The notes under the pieces: model-generated | What the model was told of the DNA's origin: nothing | Database searches by the model: none | Seen by the model: the letters and a program-made list of their open reading frames with translations, nothing else | NCBI GenBank assembly: GCA_036000645.1 | Contig: DASYVA010000163.1 | Span: forward strand, 1-53,070 | Length of the DNA stretch: 53,070 nt | Direction of reading: 5' to 3' | Source: Candidatus Methylomirabilis sp. | Lineage (GTDB): Bacteria > Methylomirabilota > Methylomirabilia > Methylomirabilales > JACPAU01 | Made by a program: the position numbers and the translations under genes | In this document: positions 1 to 9,430 of the stretch, piece after piece | How positions within the stretch are numbered: position 1 is the stretch's first letter | How the letters are laid out: each line of letters begins with the position of its first letter

Positions 1-154
1 GAATGCCGGCAAGCTGGAGAAGAAGGTCTACCGGGTCCCCCGCGAGATCGACGAGGAGATCGCCCGGCTCAAGCTGCGCGCGATGGGGGTGAAGATCGAC
101 CGGCTGACGCCGGAGCAGAAGAAGTATCTGGCCTCCTGGGAGACCGGGACGTAG
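1..154 (+). CDS. ahcY: adenosylhomocysteinase, C-terminal fragment (5' part outside window)
   Basis: Frame 2 reads [50 protein letters not shown], then TAG at 152-154. The tail matches my recollection of SAH hydrolase C-termini (..EQ..YL.SW..GT). Confidence 0.7.
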   Translation, partial: NAGKLEKKVYRVPREIDEEIARLKLRAMGVKIDRLTPEQKKYLASWETGT

Positions 155-181
155 GGCGCACCCTTCCCAACTCTCCTCCGT

Positions 182-1897
182 TTGACGAAGCGGGGCATGG
201 CCGCAGCGCGACAGACACCCCGATGGCTGGAACCCGAAGTCTGGTTGCTGGTGCTGTTGGTCGGTCTGATCTATTTCAGCCGACTGACGACCCTGACCCT
301 CCGCGGGGAAGAGCCGCGGCGGGCGATGGTCTCCTATCAGATGCTCGAAGACGGGGACTGGGTCGTCCCCAAGATGCAGGGCGAGCCGTGGTTGAGTCGT
401 CCCCCCCTCCATAACTGGGTCATCGCGCTCGTCGCCATGGCGACGGGAGACGTGGACCCGATCGCCATCCGCTTTCCGAGTGTCCTGGCAACCCTCCTGA
501 CGACCCTTCTGGTCTACGGCTATGCGCGGTGGTTCCTCCCGCCGCTGGGAGCTTTCGCGGCCGGGGCGTCCTTTGCCACCATGGGCCACGTCCTGGAGCT
601 CGGCCGGCTGGGCGAGACCGAGGCGCTGTTCACCCTCCTCCTCGGCGGAGCGCTCCTGCTCTGGCACGCGGGGTACGAACGCGGCTGGCCGGCCGCGTGG
701 ACCTGGGTGGTGGGATACGGACTGGCCGCCCTGGCCACCCTGGCGAAGGCCCCCCAGGTGCCCGTGTACTTCGCCGGCTCGGTCGGGCTCTTCCTGATCC
801 TTCGGCGGGAATGGCGGCGGCTCTTCACCGGCGCGCACCTGGCCGGCCTGCTCGCCTTTGCTGTCATCTTCGGAGCCTGGCAGATCCCGCTCTATCTCCG
901 CCTTGGCTGGCAGGGGGTGCGGGAAATTTGGTTCTGGGAAGTCGGCCTGCGGTTCATTGGCCATACGGTTGCGACCGTGGCCATGCACCTCGTGTCGTAC
1001 CCCTTTGAGTTCTTCATCGCCCTCCTCCCCTGGTCCCTGCTCTTGTCGTGTTTCATGTTCAGAGGCTTCAGGGACCGCCTGGAGGATGCCCGCTCCCCTG
1101 TGGCGTTCCTGACGATTTCTGTCCTGATCGCCATCCCCACGGTCTGGCTCGCCCCTGGGGCCCGGGGCCGCTACCTCATGCCGGTCTACCCCGGCCTTGC
1201 GTTCTTGATCGGCCTGGTGGTCCAGCGGTCTTCCGAGTCACCCGGCGGGACGCCATGGCGGCGGGTGTGGGAGTGGTATCTCAGGAGTATGGCCGGGGTC
1301 ATGGTCGCTGCCGGGCTCGCAGTCTTGAGCCTCAGCCTGCTGGCGAATCCGGACGAGGTTGCCTGGGCGCAGCCTCCCCTGTTTGCCCTGGCGTACGCGC
1401 TGGTAGGCGTCGCGGCGGCACCGGTGCTATTCCGCGTCAGCCGGCGGGGAGGCGCGCCGGTCGGCGCGCGGGTGGCGATCCTGCTGGTGGCGGGTTTCAT
1501 GGGGTTGACGTTTACCGGCGTGCTGATCAACAAGCACCTCAATACGAGCGTGGACACGGCAAGCGCCGTCGCGCGCCTCAAGCAGGAACTGCCGCACGGC
1601 CATCGCCTGGTCAGCGTCACGCCGGTGCACCCCCTCTTCGTCTACTACTACCGCGACCCCATCGCCCTCGTCGCCTGGCCCGACGGCGGCAGTATCCTGG
1701 AGGCCGAGGGGGCGTATTTCTGTTTCAACCGCGTCCCTGGAATCGAGGTTCGGATCCCGTTCCCGTGGGAAGAGGTTGCCGCGGTCTCGGTCGCGCGCTC
1801 CCGCGTTTCCCGCTCGCAGCAGGACGTCGTGATCGGGCGTCGCCTGCCGGGGGCGTCGGGGACGGCTCCGCCCTCCGGGGGCGCCCCCAGGCGGTGA
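182..1897 (+). CDS. ArnT/PMT-like polyprenyl-phosphate-sugar-dependent glycosyltransferase (GT39/GT83-like), multi-pass membrane protein
   Basis: 571-aa ORF. N-terminal region (LRGEEPRRAMVSYQMLEDGDWVVPKMQGEPWLSRPPLHNW) is typical of ArnT-like enzymes, with many hydrophobic segments. Start could be TTG 182 or ATG 197. Confidence 0.7.
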   Translation: MTKRGMAAARQTPRWLEPEVWLLVLLVGLIYFSRLTTLTLRGEEPRRAMVSYQMLEDGDWVVPKMQGEPWLSRPPLHNWVIALVAMATGDVDPIAIRFPSVLATLLTTLLVYGYARWFLPPLGAFAAGASFATMGHVLELGRLGETEALFTLLLGGALLLWHAGYERGWPAAWTWVVGYGLAALATLAKAPQVPVYFAGSVGLFLILRREWRRLFTGAHLAGLLAFAVIFGAWQIPLYLRLGWQGVREIWFWEVGLRFIGHTVATVAMHLVSYPFEFFIALLPWSLLLSCFMFRGFRDRLEDARSPVAFLTISVLIAIPTVWLAPGARGRYLMPVYPGLAFLIGLVVQRSSESPGGTPWRRVWEWYLRSMAGVMVAAGLAVLSLSLLANPDEVAWAQPPLFALAYALVGVAAAPVLFRVSRRGGAPVGARVAILLVAGFMGLTFTGVLINKHLNTSVDTASAVARLKQELPHGHRLVSVTPVHPLFVYYYRDPIALVAWPDGGSILEAEGAYFCFNRVPGIEVRIPFPWEEVAAVSVARSRVSRSQQDVVIGRRLPGASGTAPPSGGAPRR

Positions 1898-1932
1898 CCG
1901 GAACGCTTGCTGCTGTCCGAGGCGAGGGTGCC

Positions 1933-2691
1933 ATGGTCGAGCGGAGCCGGCCGAAGCTCTCGGTGGTGATCCCGGTCTACAATGAGCGGGAGACGATCGA
2001 GGAGCTGCTGCGGCGAGTCCAGGCCGTGGAGATCGAGAAAGAGATCATCGTTGTGGACGATGGCTCTACCGATGGGACCCGAGAATTTCTCCGAGGGCTG
2101 GCCCAGGTTGCCTCGGGGGCCCCGGGCGGCGCCGCCTCCCCCCCGGCCGGAGACCCGCTGCGCACCGAGAACATCAGGGCATTCTTCCAGGAGAAGAATC
2201 AGGGCAAGGGCGCGGCGCTCCGTCGGGGCATCACGGAGGCGCAGGGCGAGATCATCGTCGTGCAGGACGCGGACCTCGAGTATGATCCCGAGGACTACCA
2301 CAGGCTGTTGGACCCGATGAAGCGGGGCATGGCCGATGTCGTGTACGGGTCCCGGTTCCTTGGAGGCCCACATCGCGTTTTGTTCTTCTGGCACTACGTG
2401 GGGAACAGGATCTTGACGACTCTCTCAAACATGTTCACGGATCTGAACCTCTCCGACGTCTGGACCTGCTACAAGGCGTTCCGGAGGGAAGTGTTGCAAC
2501 AGATTGACCTCCGGGAAGCTGGGTTCGGGTTCGAGCCGGAAGTCACCGCCAAAGTCGCCAAGGGCCGCTGGCGCGTCTATGAAGTCCCCATCTCCTACTG
2601 GGGCCGCACATACGCCGAGGGTAAGAAAATCACCTGGAAGGACGGGATCCGGGCGATCTACTGCATCCTACGCTATAACCTGTCCGGGTGA
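1933..2691 (+). CDS. family 2 glycosyltransferase (polyprenyl-phosphate glycosyltransferase, DPM1/ArnC-like)
   Basis: ATG 1933, preceded by GAGGCGAGGG. KLSVVIPVYNERETIEELL...VVDDGSTDGT...VQDADLEYDP are classic GT-A/GT2 motifs. This is the in-frame 3' part of track ORF 1048..2691. Confidence 0.85.
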   Translation: MVERSRPKLSVVIPVYNERETIEELLRRVQAVEIEKEIIVVDDGSTDGTREFLRGLAQVASGAPGGAASPPAGDPLRTENIRAFFQEKNQGKGAALRRGITEAQGEIIVVQDADLEYDPEDYHRLLDPMKRGMADVVYGSRFLGGPHRVLFFWHYVGNRILTTLSNMFTDLNLSDVWTCYKAFRREVLQQIDLREAGFGFEPEVTAKVAKGRWRVYEVPISYWGRTYAEGKKITWKDGIRAIYCILRYNLSG

Positions 2692-2890
2692 TTCGGCCGG
2701 GAGGGGGTCAGCTCCGGCGGCGGAGTCGCCCGCCTCGCGTCACGCCCGCCTCCCGGCGGGTAAGCCTTGGCCCCGTGGGGCGGGACGGGAGCGAAGGGTC
2801 AGGCCGGGACCCGTTCGGGCTGTCCTGGGCCGGGCTGGCCTCTAGGTTGCAACAGGCCTGTCCGCGGAGGTCGCCCGGAGGTCGAGTCAG

Positions 2891-3760
2891 GTGTTGTGGC
2901 TCCTCGCTGCGATTGCAGTCGGATTTATCGCGGTCGAGCGCCTGTGGCCGGCTGCGCGTCTCCCCCGTGTCCGCGCGTGGTATCCCCGCGTCATCCTGGT
3001 GAATTCCATTCAGGTCGGGATCGTGATCGTTGCGGGGTACACCTGGGACTCCTGGTTTGCCCGGGTGTCGCTGTTCCGGATCCGCGAGTATATGGGCGAT
3101 ATCCCTTCCGCCCTGGTGACGTATCTTTTTTCGACCTTTGTGTACTATTGGTGGCATCGGATCCGGCACGAGTCACGGCTCTTCTGGCTCCTCTGTCATC
3201 AGCTCCATCATTCGCCGCAGCGGATAGAGGTTCTCACGGCGTTTTACAAGCATCCGGTCGAAATCGCCCTGAATTCTATTCTCAGCGCCGTCATCGCGTT
3301 TCTGATTTTCGGGTGTAGCATTCTGGCGGGCGCGTACTATACGTTCCTCACCGCGATCGCCGAGTACTTTTACCATTGGAACATCAACACGCCCCGATGG
3401 CTGGGATACATCGTCCAGAGACCCGATTCGCATCGGGTGCATCATCAGTACCGGCACCACACCCAGAATTACGCCGATTTGCCGATCTGGGACATGCTCT
3501 TCGGGACGTTCAAAAACCCCGCTCGGTTCGAGGCGACGTGTGGTTTCGACGCGTGGCGCGAGGATCGGTTCGAGGACATCCTGGCCTTTCGAGATCTCCA
3601 CGCCCCGGGGGCGGGAGAGAAAGCCCCACTGCATTACCTCCCCACGTGCATCGGGTGCAGCAAGCGGTGGGCGTGCTCGGACTCTCGGGAGCAACGGAGC
3701 GGGGCGGGGAGAGTGGGCGAGAGGCGACCGGAGGGGTCAGGGGAGAAACTGGTCCTGTGA
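2891..3760 (+). CDS. fatty acid hydroxylase / sterol desaturase superfamily membrane protein
   Basis: Histidine boxes HRIRH, HQLHH and HRVHH...H in a hydrophobic 289-aa ORF. GTG start follows GGAGG. The 3' end overlaps the convergent gene by 24 nt. Confidence 0.8.
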   Translation: MLWLLAAIAVGFIAVERLWPAARLPRVRAWYPRVILVNSIQVGIVIVAGYTWDSWFARVSLFRIREYMGDIPSALVTYLFSTFVYYWWHRIRHESRLFWLLCHQLHHSPQRIEVLTAFYKHPVEIALNSILSAVIAFLIFGCSILAGAYYTFLTAIAEYFYHWNINTPRWLGYIVQRPDSHRVHHQYRHHTQNYADLPIWDMLFGTFKNPARFEATCGFDAWREDRFEDILAFRDLHAPGAGEKAPLHYLPTCIGCSKRWACSDSREQRSGAGRVGERRPEGSGEKLVL

Positions 3761-5002
3761 CCCCGGCGTAGGGATCCGACACTCAGCGTACTTCCCGAAC
3801 CAGCGGTAGCGATTCCTGGCGACCCAATCGTACACTGCATCCCGAACGATTGCGGGGACGACGCGCAACCAGGATACCACCCGCCAGATCCCGCCCAGCT
3901 CATCTAAGGCACAGAGAACAGCCTCCGAGCGCAGGGCCAGCGTTTCGTTCGGAGTATTGTATCCGCGGACGAGGATGATGGTCTTCGAATCAACCTCAAT
4001 TTCAGGATGTCTTTGAAGTATCGATGCCGCGGTGGCACCCTGGAGCGGCGCGAATCGCAAGAGCGTCAACCGATCCTCCTCTGTGAGAAAACCCACTGTC
4101 CGGTCGCACAGGCCGCAGACACCGTCGAACAGCACGAGGAGGCGTGCGCGCTCTCCCCGTCGGGGCGGCAGCCAGGCTGGATCGAAGGTGAAGAGGTGGA
4201 CCATCAGCATGCCAAAGCTCAGGTCGGCGAAGTCCACGACCAGCAGGATCGAGAGGTGCATCAGCACCATGGAAAGCCAGGCCAGCGACCTAGTGATCCG
4301 AGTCATGCTCAGAGGGAGAAACAGAATCTCCAGTGCCAGGACGGCCCACGTTTGCAGCCTGATCGCCCACTCCGGGGACGCGAGGAAGATGTCCCGAAAG
4401 ACTCCCGGCCGCGCCAGGGGGTTGTTGAGGAGGTGAACCAGGGCTGTTCCGTCAACCCAGCTCGGGCTGGAGAGCTTGATCGTGCCGCTCAAGGTGTACC
4501 CGGCCGCCATGAGGAACCAGGCGACGCTGTAGATCGTCGCCGGAAAGGCCCACTTGGAAGGTTCCTTGCGGCGCCCCAGGCTCAAGGGCTCACCATGAGG
4601 CAGCAGGACGCTCAGCAGGAGCAGGAGGCCAACGTAGGGGATGGACGGGTTGCTGATCAGGTTGTTCCGGTTGAAGAGGCAGGCCCAGCCGTACCAGAGG
4701 AGGAGGGCGGAAGTGCGGCGGTAGAATCCCGCGGTGTAGGCTGCGGCGAGGAAAATCATTGCCGCGAGGAAGGCCGTGACGACAGGCGGGGAGTCCCAGT
4801 GCTCGAGGGGATTCGGAAGAATGCCGTATGTGAAATTCAGTTGTGGGCGCGGCAGCGTGCCCTGATGGCTGAACAGCTCCGCGCCGTACGGAATGAGGTT
4901 GGCGAGGTGGACGAGGAGGTATGCTCCGAGTCCGATTCGGAAGGCCGCAAACTGGTAAGGGGAGATCGGCTTTACTTTTTGCAGGAAGGCTCGAGTATCC
5001 AT
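3737..5002 (-). CDS. HTTM (vitamin-K gamma-carboxylase-like) membrane domain fused to DCC-family thiol-disulfide oxidoreductase (DUF393)
   Basis: The N-terminal ~290 aa are multi-pass membrane with an FRIGLGAYLL-type HTTM start. The C-terminus has LLVLFDGVCGLCDRTVGFL...RFAPLQ, the DCC CxxC signature. GC is visibly lower than in neighbouring genes. Confidence 0.7.
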   Translation of the reverse strand: MDTRAFLQKVKPISPYQFAAFRIGLGAYLLVHLANLIPYGAELFSHQGTLPRPQLNFTYGILPNPLEHWDSPPVVTAFLAAMIFLAAAYTAGFYRRTSALLLWYGWACLFNRNNLISNPSIPYVGLLLLLSVLLPHGEPLSLGRRKEPSKWAFPATIYSVAWFLMAAGYTLSGTIKLSSPSWVDGTALVHLLNNPLARPGVFRDIFLASPEWAIRLQTWAVLALEILFLPLSMTRITRSLAWLSMVLMHLSILLVVDFADLSFGMLMVHLFTFDPAWLPPRRGERARLLVLFDGVCGLCDRTVGFLTEEDRLTLLRFAPLQGATAASILQRHPEIEVDSKTIILVRGYNTPNETLALRSEAVLCALDELGGIWRVVSWLRVVPAIVRDAVYDWVARNRYRWFGKYAECRIPTPGSQDQFLP

Positions 5003-5508
5003 ATGTTGCTTCGGCCGCGCGTCTTGGTCCGGATGGCCACGCTGATGCGGACGGCATCCTCCGGGAGGCCCAGCTCCGTACGAAGAGGTCCCTGGGGCCG
5101 GAGTCCGTAGCAGTAGACCGATTGCCAGGTGGCTTGGGGCAACCGGGGTGCGGAAGAGAGGGCAGCCCCGAACACATTCCTGCGATTGTAAGGTCCTTTG
5201 AGGCGCTGATAGAGTTCGGGTGTAATTTCCTTCTCGAGGTCCTCACCCGAGGCCGTGTGAATTCGCAACACGAACTGGGAAGCGAAAGTTTCCAGCCCAT
5301 CCACATCGGAAAATACCTTGGGGAAGGGAGACGCCGCCGTCGCGGCTCCAAGCCCCTGCAATGTTCTGACGCCGATCAAATAGCCGGACATCTGCAGGAG
5401 TCCGACCACGCACAGCAGCAGCGCAGCGACGTTCGACCAAAAGACCCACGTCACGGGTCTGCTTTCATTCGAAGTCAGTCCCGTGAATTGTCTCCAGCTC
5501 TCGAGCAT
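4972..5508 (-). CDS. small N-terminally membrane-anchored protein of unknown function (possible SdpA-like partner of the HTTM protein)
   Basis: 178-aa ORF with one TM (WVFWSNVAALLLCVVGLLQMSGYLIG). It overlaps the downstream HTTM-DCC gene by 31 nt. GGGGA lies 7 nt upstream of the ATG. Confidence 0.5.
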   Translation of the reverse strand: MLESWRQFTGLTSNESRPVTWVFWSNVAALLLCVVGLLQMSGYLIGVRTLQGLGAATAASPFPKVFSDVDGLETFASQFVLRIHTASGEDLEKEITPELYQRLKGPYNRRNVFGAALSSAPRLPQATWQSVYCYGLRPQGPLRTELGLPEDAVRISVAIRTKTRGRSNIWILEPSCKK

Positions 5509-5558
5509 CAGCGGTTCCCCAGTATTCTTCTCTTGGTTTCGAGTTCCGAGAACAGATC

Positions 5559-6641
5559 CTATCGGCTTCGCATGAGGGCGACGAGACCGGCCGTCCCGAA
5601 GACGGCGTTCGGGAGCCAGGCGGCGAGCCAGGGAGGGAGGACCTCTCCGCGGCCCAGGGAGAGGCTGAAGGAGAAGGCCAGCCAGTACAGAAAGGCGACC
5701 AGGATGCAGGCCGCGAGGCTCACCATGAGGCCGCGGCGGCCGACGCGGAGCGCGCCGGCCACGCCGATCAGGCCCATGAGCAGGGGGAGCACGGCGAGTG
5801 CGGGCTTGGCGTGCAGGTCCGCCAGAACCCGGCGGACGTTCGCCCCTGAGGCGAGCAATCGTTCAATGTGCCGCCGGAGCTCCTGGAACCCCATCTCGGC
5901 CGGGTCCTTCTCGACCTGCCGGAACTCCTCGGGGCCATCCTTGAGCGCGAGCGGGTAGTCGGCGTTCGTCTGGACTCCCACCAGGCGCCCGCCGGCGAAG
6001 CGCCGGATGGTCGCCCCCTCCAGAACCCAGCCGACGCCCTCTCCCTCCCAGCGCGCCACGGGTGCGTCCGCCCGCTCGACGAGGGCGAACTCCGGCGCGA
6101 GGCGGAGGACCGTCACCTCGCGCAGCACGCCTTCCCGCGCCTGCAGGATCCCGATGTGCAGGAGCGTCTGCTCTCCCGCGCGATACCAGATGTCGTTCTC
6201 TCGGGTCCGGCGGTATTTGGAGGCCTTGCCGAGGCGAGTCTCGCTGAGGTCCAGGGCCAGCGCGGTCGTCCGGGGGGCCAGATACTCCGTCACCGCCCAG
6301 AGGCCGGCGGAGACGGCCACCCCCAGGAGCAGGAGCGGGACGGCAATGCGGAGGGTGCTCCAGTGGCCCATCCGCATGGCCAGGACCTCGTTGTGCCGGT
6401 TGAGCGTCCCCAGGCTCAGCGCGCAGGCGAGGAGAACGGACACCGGGGTGACCTCCGGGAGGATCTTGGGGACGAGCAGGACGTAGTAGAGCGCGACGTC
6501 CCCGAGCGCCGCTCCCGCCTGCAGGAAGCGGCCGACGTTCTCGAGGAGATTCACCAGGATGTACACGCTGGTGAGGACGGTGAGCGCGAGGAGGAGGATC
6601 TTCAGGCCCTCCCGCAGGAGGTAGCGGTCAAGGGTGCGCAT
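5559..6641 (-). CDS. lptG: LPS export ABC transporter permease LptG
   Basis: MRTLDRYLLREGLK... N-terminus, YjgP/YjgQ permease architecture, and a 14-nt overlap with lptF. Confidence 0.85.
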   Translation of the reverse strand: MRTLDRYLLREGLKILLLALTVLTSVYILVNLLENVGRFLQAGAALGDVALYYVLLVPKILPEVTPVSVLLACALSLGTLNRHNEVLAMRMGHWSTLRIAVPLLLLGVAVSAGLWAVTEYLAPRTTALALDLSETRLGKASKYRRTRENDIWYRAGEQTLLHIGILQAREGVLREVTVLRLAPEFALVERADAPVARWEGEGVGWVLEGATIRRFAGGRLVGVQTNADYPLALKDGPEEFRQVEKDPAEMGFQELRRHIERLLASGANVRRVLADLHAKPALAVLPLLMGLIGVAGALRVGRRGLMVSLAACILVAFLYWLAFSFSLSLGRGEVLPPWLAAWLPNAVFGTAGLVALMRSR

Positions 6642-7779
6642 GTCGCGCCCTCCCCCACGGGAGCAGACTGCCGAGGCGCCCCTCCCGCCCGCCGAGCAGG
6701 AGCAGGCCGAGACCGAGCCCCCCGATCGCCGCGTTGGGCAGCCAGGCCCCCACGGCTGCCGGGACCCGTCCCTGGGTCGCCAGCCCCTCGCCGGCCACCA
6801 TGAGGAGGTAGTAGGCGAGGGCGATCAGGACGCTCAGGGCGAGGCTCGCCCCCCTGCCGCTCCGGCGGACCTGGATCCCGAGCGGCGCCCCCACCAGGAC
6901 GAAGACCAATGCCGCCATCGGGTTCGCCAGCTTCTGGTGGATCTGGAAGGCGAACGCCGGGGCGGCGCGCCCGCTCCCCTCGGCCCTCCGGATGGCCTCG
7001 GTGAGTTCCGCGAGAGTCATCTCGCGCGGCGAGCGCTCCCGGTCCGGCCCGCCTCCCGGCGCGCCGAGATCCAGCCGCATGTCGTAGCGCCGGAAGGTGA
7101 CCAGGCGGTACCGGTCCGGGTCGGCCGCCGGCCTGCTGTGGAGCGCCCCCTCCTCGAGGGTGAGCGTCACAGCCCCGGTCGCCTCCTCCCCCAGGAGGCG
7201 GCCGCGGGCCGCGAGGACTTCTCGGGGCTGACGGGGATCCCGGGCGTCGGCCACGAAGATCCCCTTGAGCTCTCCCGTCTCGTCGTCCACCTCCTGCACG
7301 TACAGGATCAGGCCGTTCATTTCAGCGCTGAAGAGGCCTTCGGTCAGGGCCAGCGTGGCCTTGGTCCGGGAGAGCCGGAAGAGGAGATCCCGGAACCCGT
7401 GGTTGCCCCAGGGGAGCGCCACGAGCGACAGGTAGGCGCCCACGGCGGCGGCGAGGCCCCCGAGGAGCAGCGCGGGCACGATGAGCCGGTAGAGGGACCA
7501 CCCGGCCGCCCGGAGGGCCAGCACCTCGTTGTCGGCCGCGAGGCGACCGTAGCCGCTGAGGGCGGCCAGGAGTACCGCCATGGGGACCGTGATGACCAGG
7601 AAGGAGGGGAGGAGGTAGAGGAAGAGGGTGAGGACCGTCCCAGCCGGGACGCCCCGCGTCACGATGAGCTCCATGAGCTTCAGGAGTCGGCCGGCGAAGA
7701 GGACCAGGGTGAAGAGGAGCAGGCCCAGGCCGAGCGAGGAGAGCATCTCCCGCAGAATGTAGCGGTCCACGAGGCGCAT
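6628..7779 (-). CDS. lptF: LPS export ABC transporter permease LptF
   Basis: MRLVDRYILREMLSSLGLGLLLFTLVLF... is a YjgP/YjgQ family signature. GGAGGAG lies upstream of the ATG. Confidence 0.85.
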   Translation of the reverse strand: MRLVDRYILREMLSSLGLGLLLFTLVLFAGRLLKLMELIVTRGVPAGTVLTLFLYLLPSFLVITVPMAVLLAALSGYGRLAADNEVLALRAAGWSLYRLIVPALLLGGLAAAVGAYLSLVALPWGNHGFRDLLFRLSRTKATLALTEGLFSAEMNGLILYVQEVDDETGELKGIFVADARDPRQPREVLAARGRLLGEEATGAVTLTLEEGALHSRPAADPDRYRLVTFRRYDMRLDLGAPGGGPDRERSPREMTLAELTEAIRRAEGSGRAAPAFAFQIHQKLANPMAALVFVLVGAPLGIQVRRSGRGASLALSVLIALAYYLLMVAGEGLATQGRVPAAVGAWLPNAAIGGLGLGLLLLGGREGRLGSLLPWGRARHAHP

Positions 7780-7841
7780 CGGCTCCTCCGACTCGCCATC
7801 CTACCCGAGCCTATCCGAAAATTCACGGGAAAAACTCCCTA

Positions 7842-7870
7842 TTGCCACTGGTGGAGAAGGCTGCTATAGG
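7842..7870 (+). promoter_or_regulatory. sigma-70-type promoter candidate TTGCCA-N17-TATAGG with TGn extension (upstream of the PQQ-dehydrogenase gene)
   Basis: Read directly. The roughly 40-nt leader contains a GGGAG SD. Confidence 0.4.
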
Positions 7871-7914
7871 TCTGCGCCGGTGGCACGGGGAATGGCGCCA
7901 GTCGGGAGCCTCTC

Positions 7915-9429
7915 ATGCGGAAGGTACTTCTCTGTGTGCTCGGTTGTCTGGCAGTTCTGCTCACGATGTGTCCTCGGGTGGCGGCGATTGAGCTCGAACC
8001 CGTTCTGACGGGTCTTTCCAGCCCACTCTACCTGACCAGCGCGCGGGACGGGACGAACAGGCTGTTCATCGTCGAACAGCCGGGTCGCATTAAAGTGCTC
8101 CAGCCTGGAGCGACGACGCCGACGATCTTTCTTGACATCATGTCGACAGTATTGTCAGGTGGCGAGCAGGGTCTCCTCGGGCTGGCCTTTCATCCGCAGT
8201 ATGCAATCAACCGCCGCTTCTTCGTGAACTATACGCGCCAGACTGACGGCGCAACCGTCGTCGCCGAATACCGGGCGTCCGTTTCCGACCCCAACGTGGC
8301 CGAGACGGCCGAGATCCAATTTCTCGTCGTTCATCAGCCCTTCGCGAATCACAACGGCGGGATGATCGAGTTCGGCCCCGACGGGTTCCTCTACATCGCT
8401 CTGGGAGACGGTGGGTCTGGGAACGACCCGGGCAACCGTGCCCAGAACATCAACGAACTCCTGGGCAAGATGCTGCGGATAGACGTGGACCTTCCGAGTG
8501 GGTCGCTGCCCTACTCCTCGCCCGCGGACAACCCTTTTTTCGGCCCAACTGCCGGAGGCGCCGAGATCTATGCCTTGGGGTTTCGAAACCCCTTTCGGTT
8601 CTCGTTCGATCGCGGTGGCACGCGTCAGCTCTTTGCCGGCGACGTGGGACAAGGCGCGCGGGAAGAGATCGATATTGTCACGCTCGGCGCCAATTATGGC
8701 TGGCGTGTATTCGAAGGCACCCTCTGTACGGGCCTCGACTCTGCCTCCTGCAGCTCACCCGGCTTTACCGCTCCCATCCACGAGTACAGCCATGCTGCGG
8801 GGCGCTGTTCAATCATCGGCGGGTACGTCTACCGTGGGACGCAGTCGAGCCTGCCCGTCGGGGCCTATGTCTACGGCGACTTCTGCACAGGTGAAATCTT
8901 TCAGCTCTTTCCGGCGGCGAGCGGAGGCACGGCAACCTTACTGCTCGACACCAGCCTGAATTTCTTTCTTTCTTCCTTCGGCGAAGATGAGGCAGGAGAG
9001 ATTTATGTTGTCGGACTGGGGGGAACCGTCCACCGGATCACCGGTGGAGTCTCATCTCCAGGCGGCGGTGGGAGCCAGGGATGCTTCATCGCCACGGCCG
9101 CGTTCGGCTCCCCGCTGGCGCGCGAAGTCCAGATCCTGCGCCAGTTCCGGGACCGATTCCTGTTGACCAATGGCCTGGGACGGTTCCTCGTTGCCGCCTA
9201 CTACCGGTTGAGCCCGCCGCTCGCCGGTGTTATCGCGGCGCAAGCGGAGCTGCGGGTGGCTGCTCGGGGAGCCCTGCGGCCGGTCGTCTGGTGGGCACGC
9301 CTGGCCCTGGCCTCGCCGGTCCTCGGTCTGGTGCTTGCCGGTGGTGGGCTCGTGGCCGTCGGTGGCTTTGCGTTTACCTGGCTTGGCGGTCACCGTGGTA
9401 TCCTGAGCGTGAGGGATCGGGAGGGGTGA
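7915..9429 (+). CDS. secreted PQQ-dependent sugar dehydrogenase (soluble glucose/sorbosone dehydrogenase family) with [11 protein letters not shown]-terminal module
   Basis: Signal peptide, then [44 protein letters not shown] and NYGWRVFEG beta-propeller motifs. The C-terminal ~115 aa start at [11 protein letters not shown] and end in hydrophobic segments. Confidence 0.8.
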   Translation: MRKVLLCVLGCLAVLLTMCPRVAAIELEPVLTGLSSPLYLTSARDGTNRLFIVEQPGRIKVLQPGATTPTIFLDIMSTVLSGGEQGLLGLAFHPQYAINRRFFVNYTRQTDGATVVAEYRASVSDPNVAETAEIQFLVVHQPFANHNGGMIEFGPDGFLYIALGDGGSGNDPGNRAQNINELLGKMLRIDVDLPSGSLPYSSPADNPFFGPTAGGAEIYALGFRNPFRFSFDRGGTRQLFAGDVGQGAREEIDIVTLGANYGWRVFEGTLCTGLDSASCSSPGFTAPIHEYSHAAGRCSIIGGYVYRGTQSSLPVGAYVYGDFCTGEIFQLFPAASGGTATLLLDTSLNFFLSSFGEDEAGEIYVVGLGGTVHRITGGVSSPGGGGSQGCFIATAAFGSPLAREVQILRQFRDRFLLTNGLGRFLVAAYYRLSPPLAGVIAAQAELRVAARGALRPVVWWARLALASPVLGLVLAGGGLVAVGGFAFTWLGGHRGILSVRDREG

Positions 9430-9430
9430 A

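Noticed and set aside
7881-7897. Sigma-54-like TGGCACggggaatGGC upstream of the PQQ-dehydrogenase gene
   Set aside because: The GG-to-GC spacing is one nt off the -24/-12 consensus and there is no TTGC. It also lies inside the leader of a better sigma-70-type promoter candidate (7842-7870).
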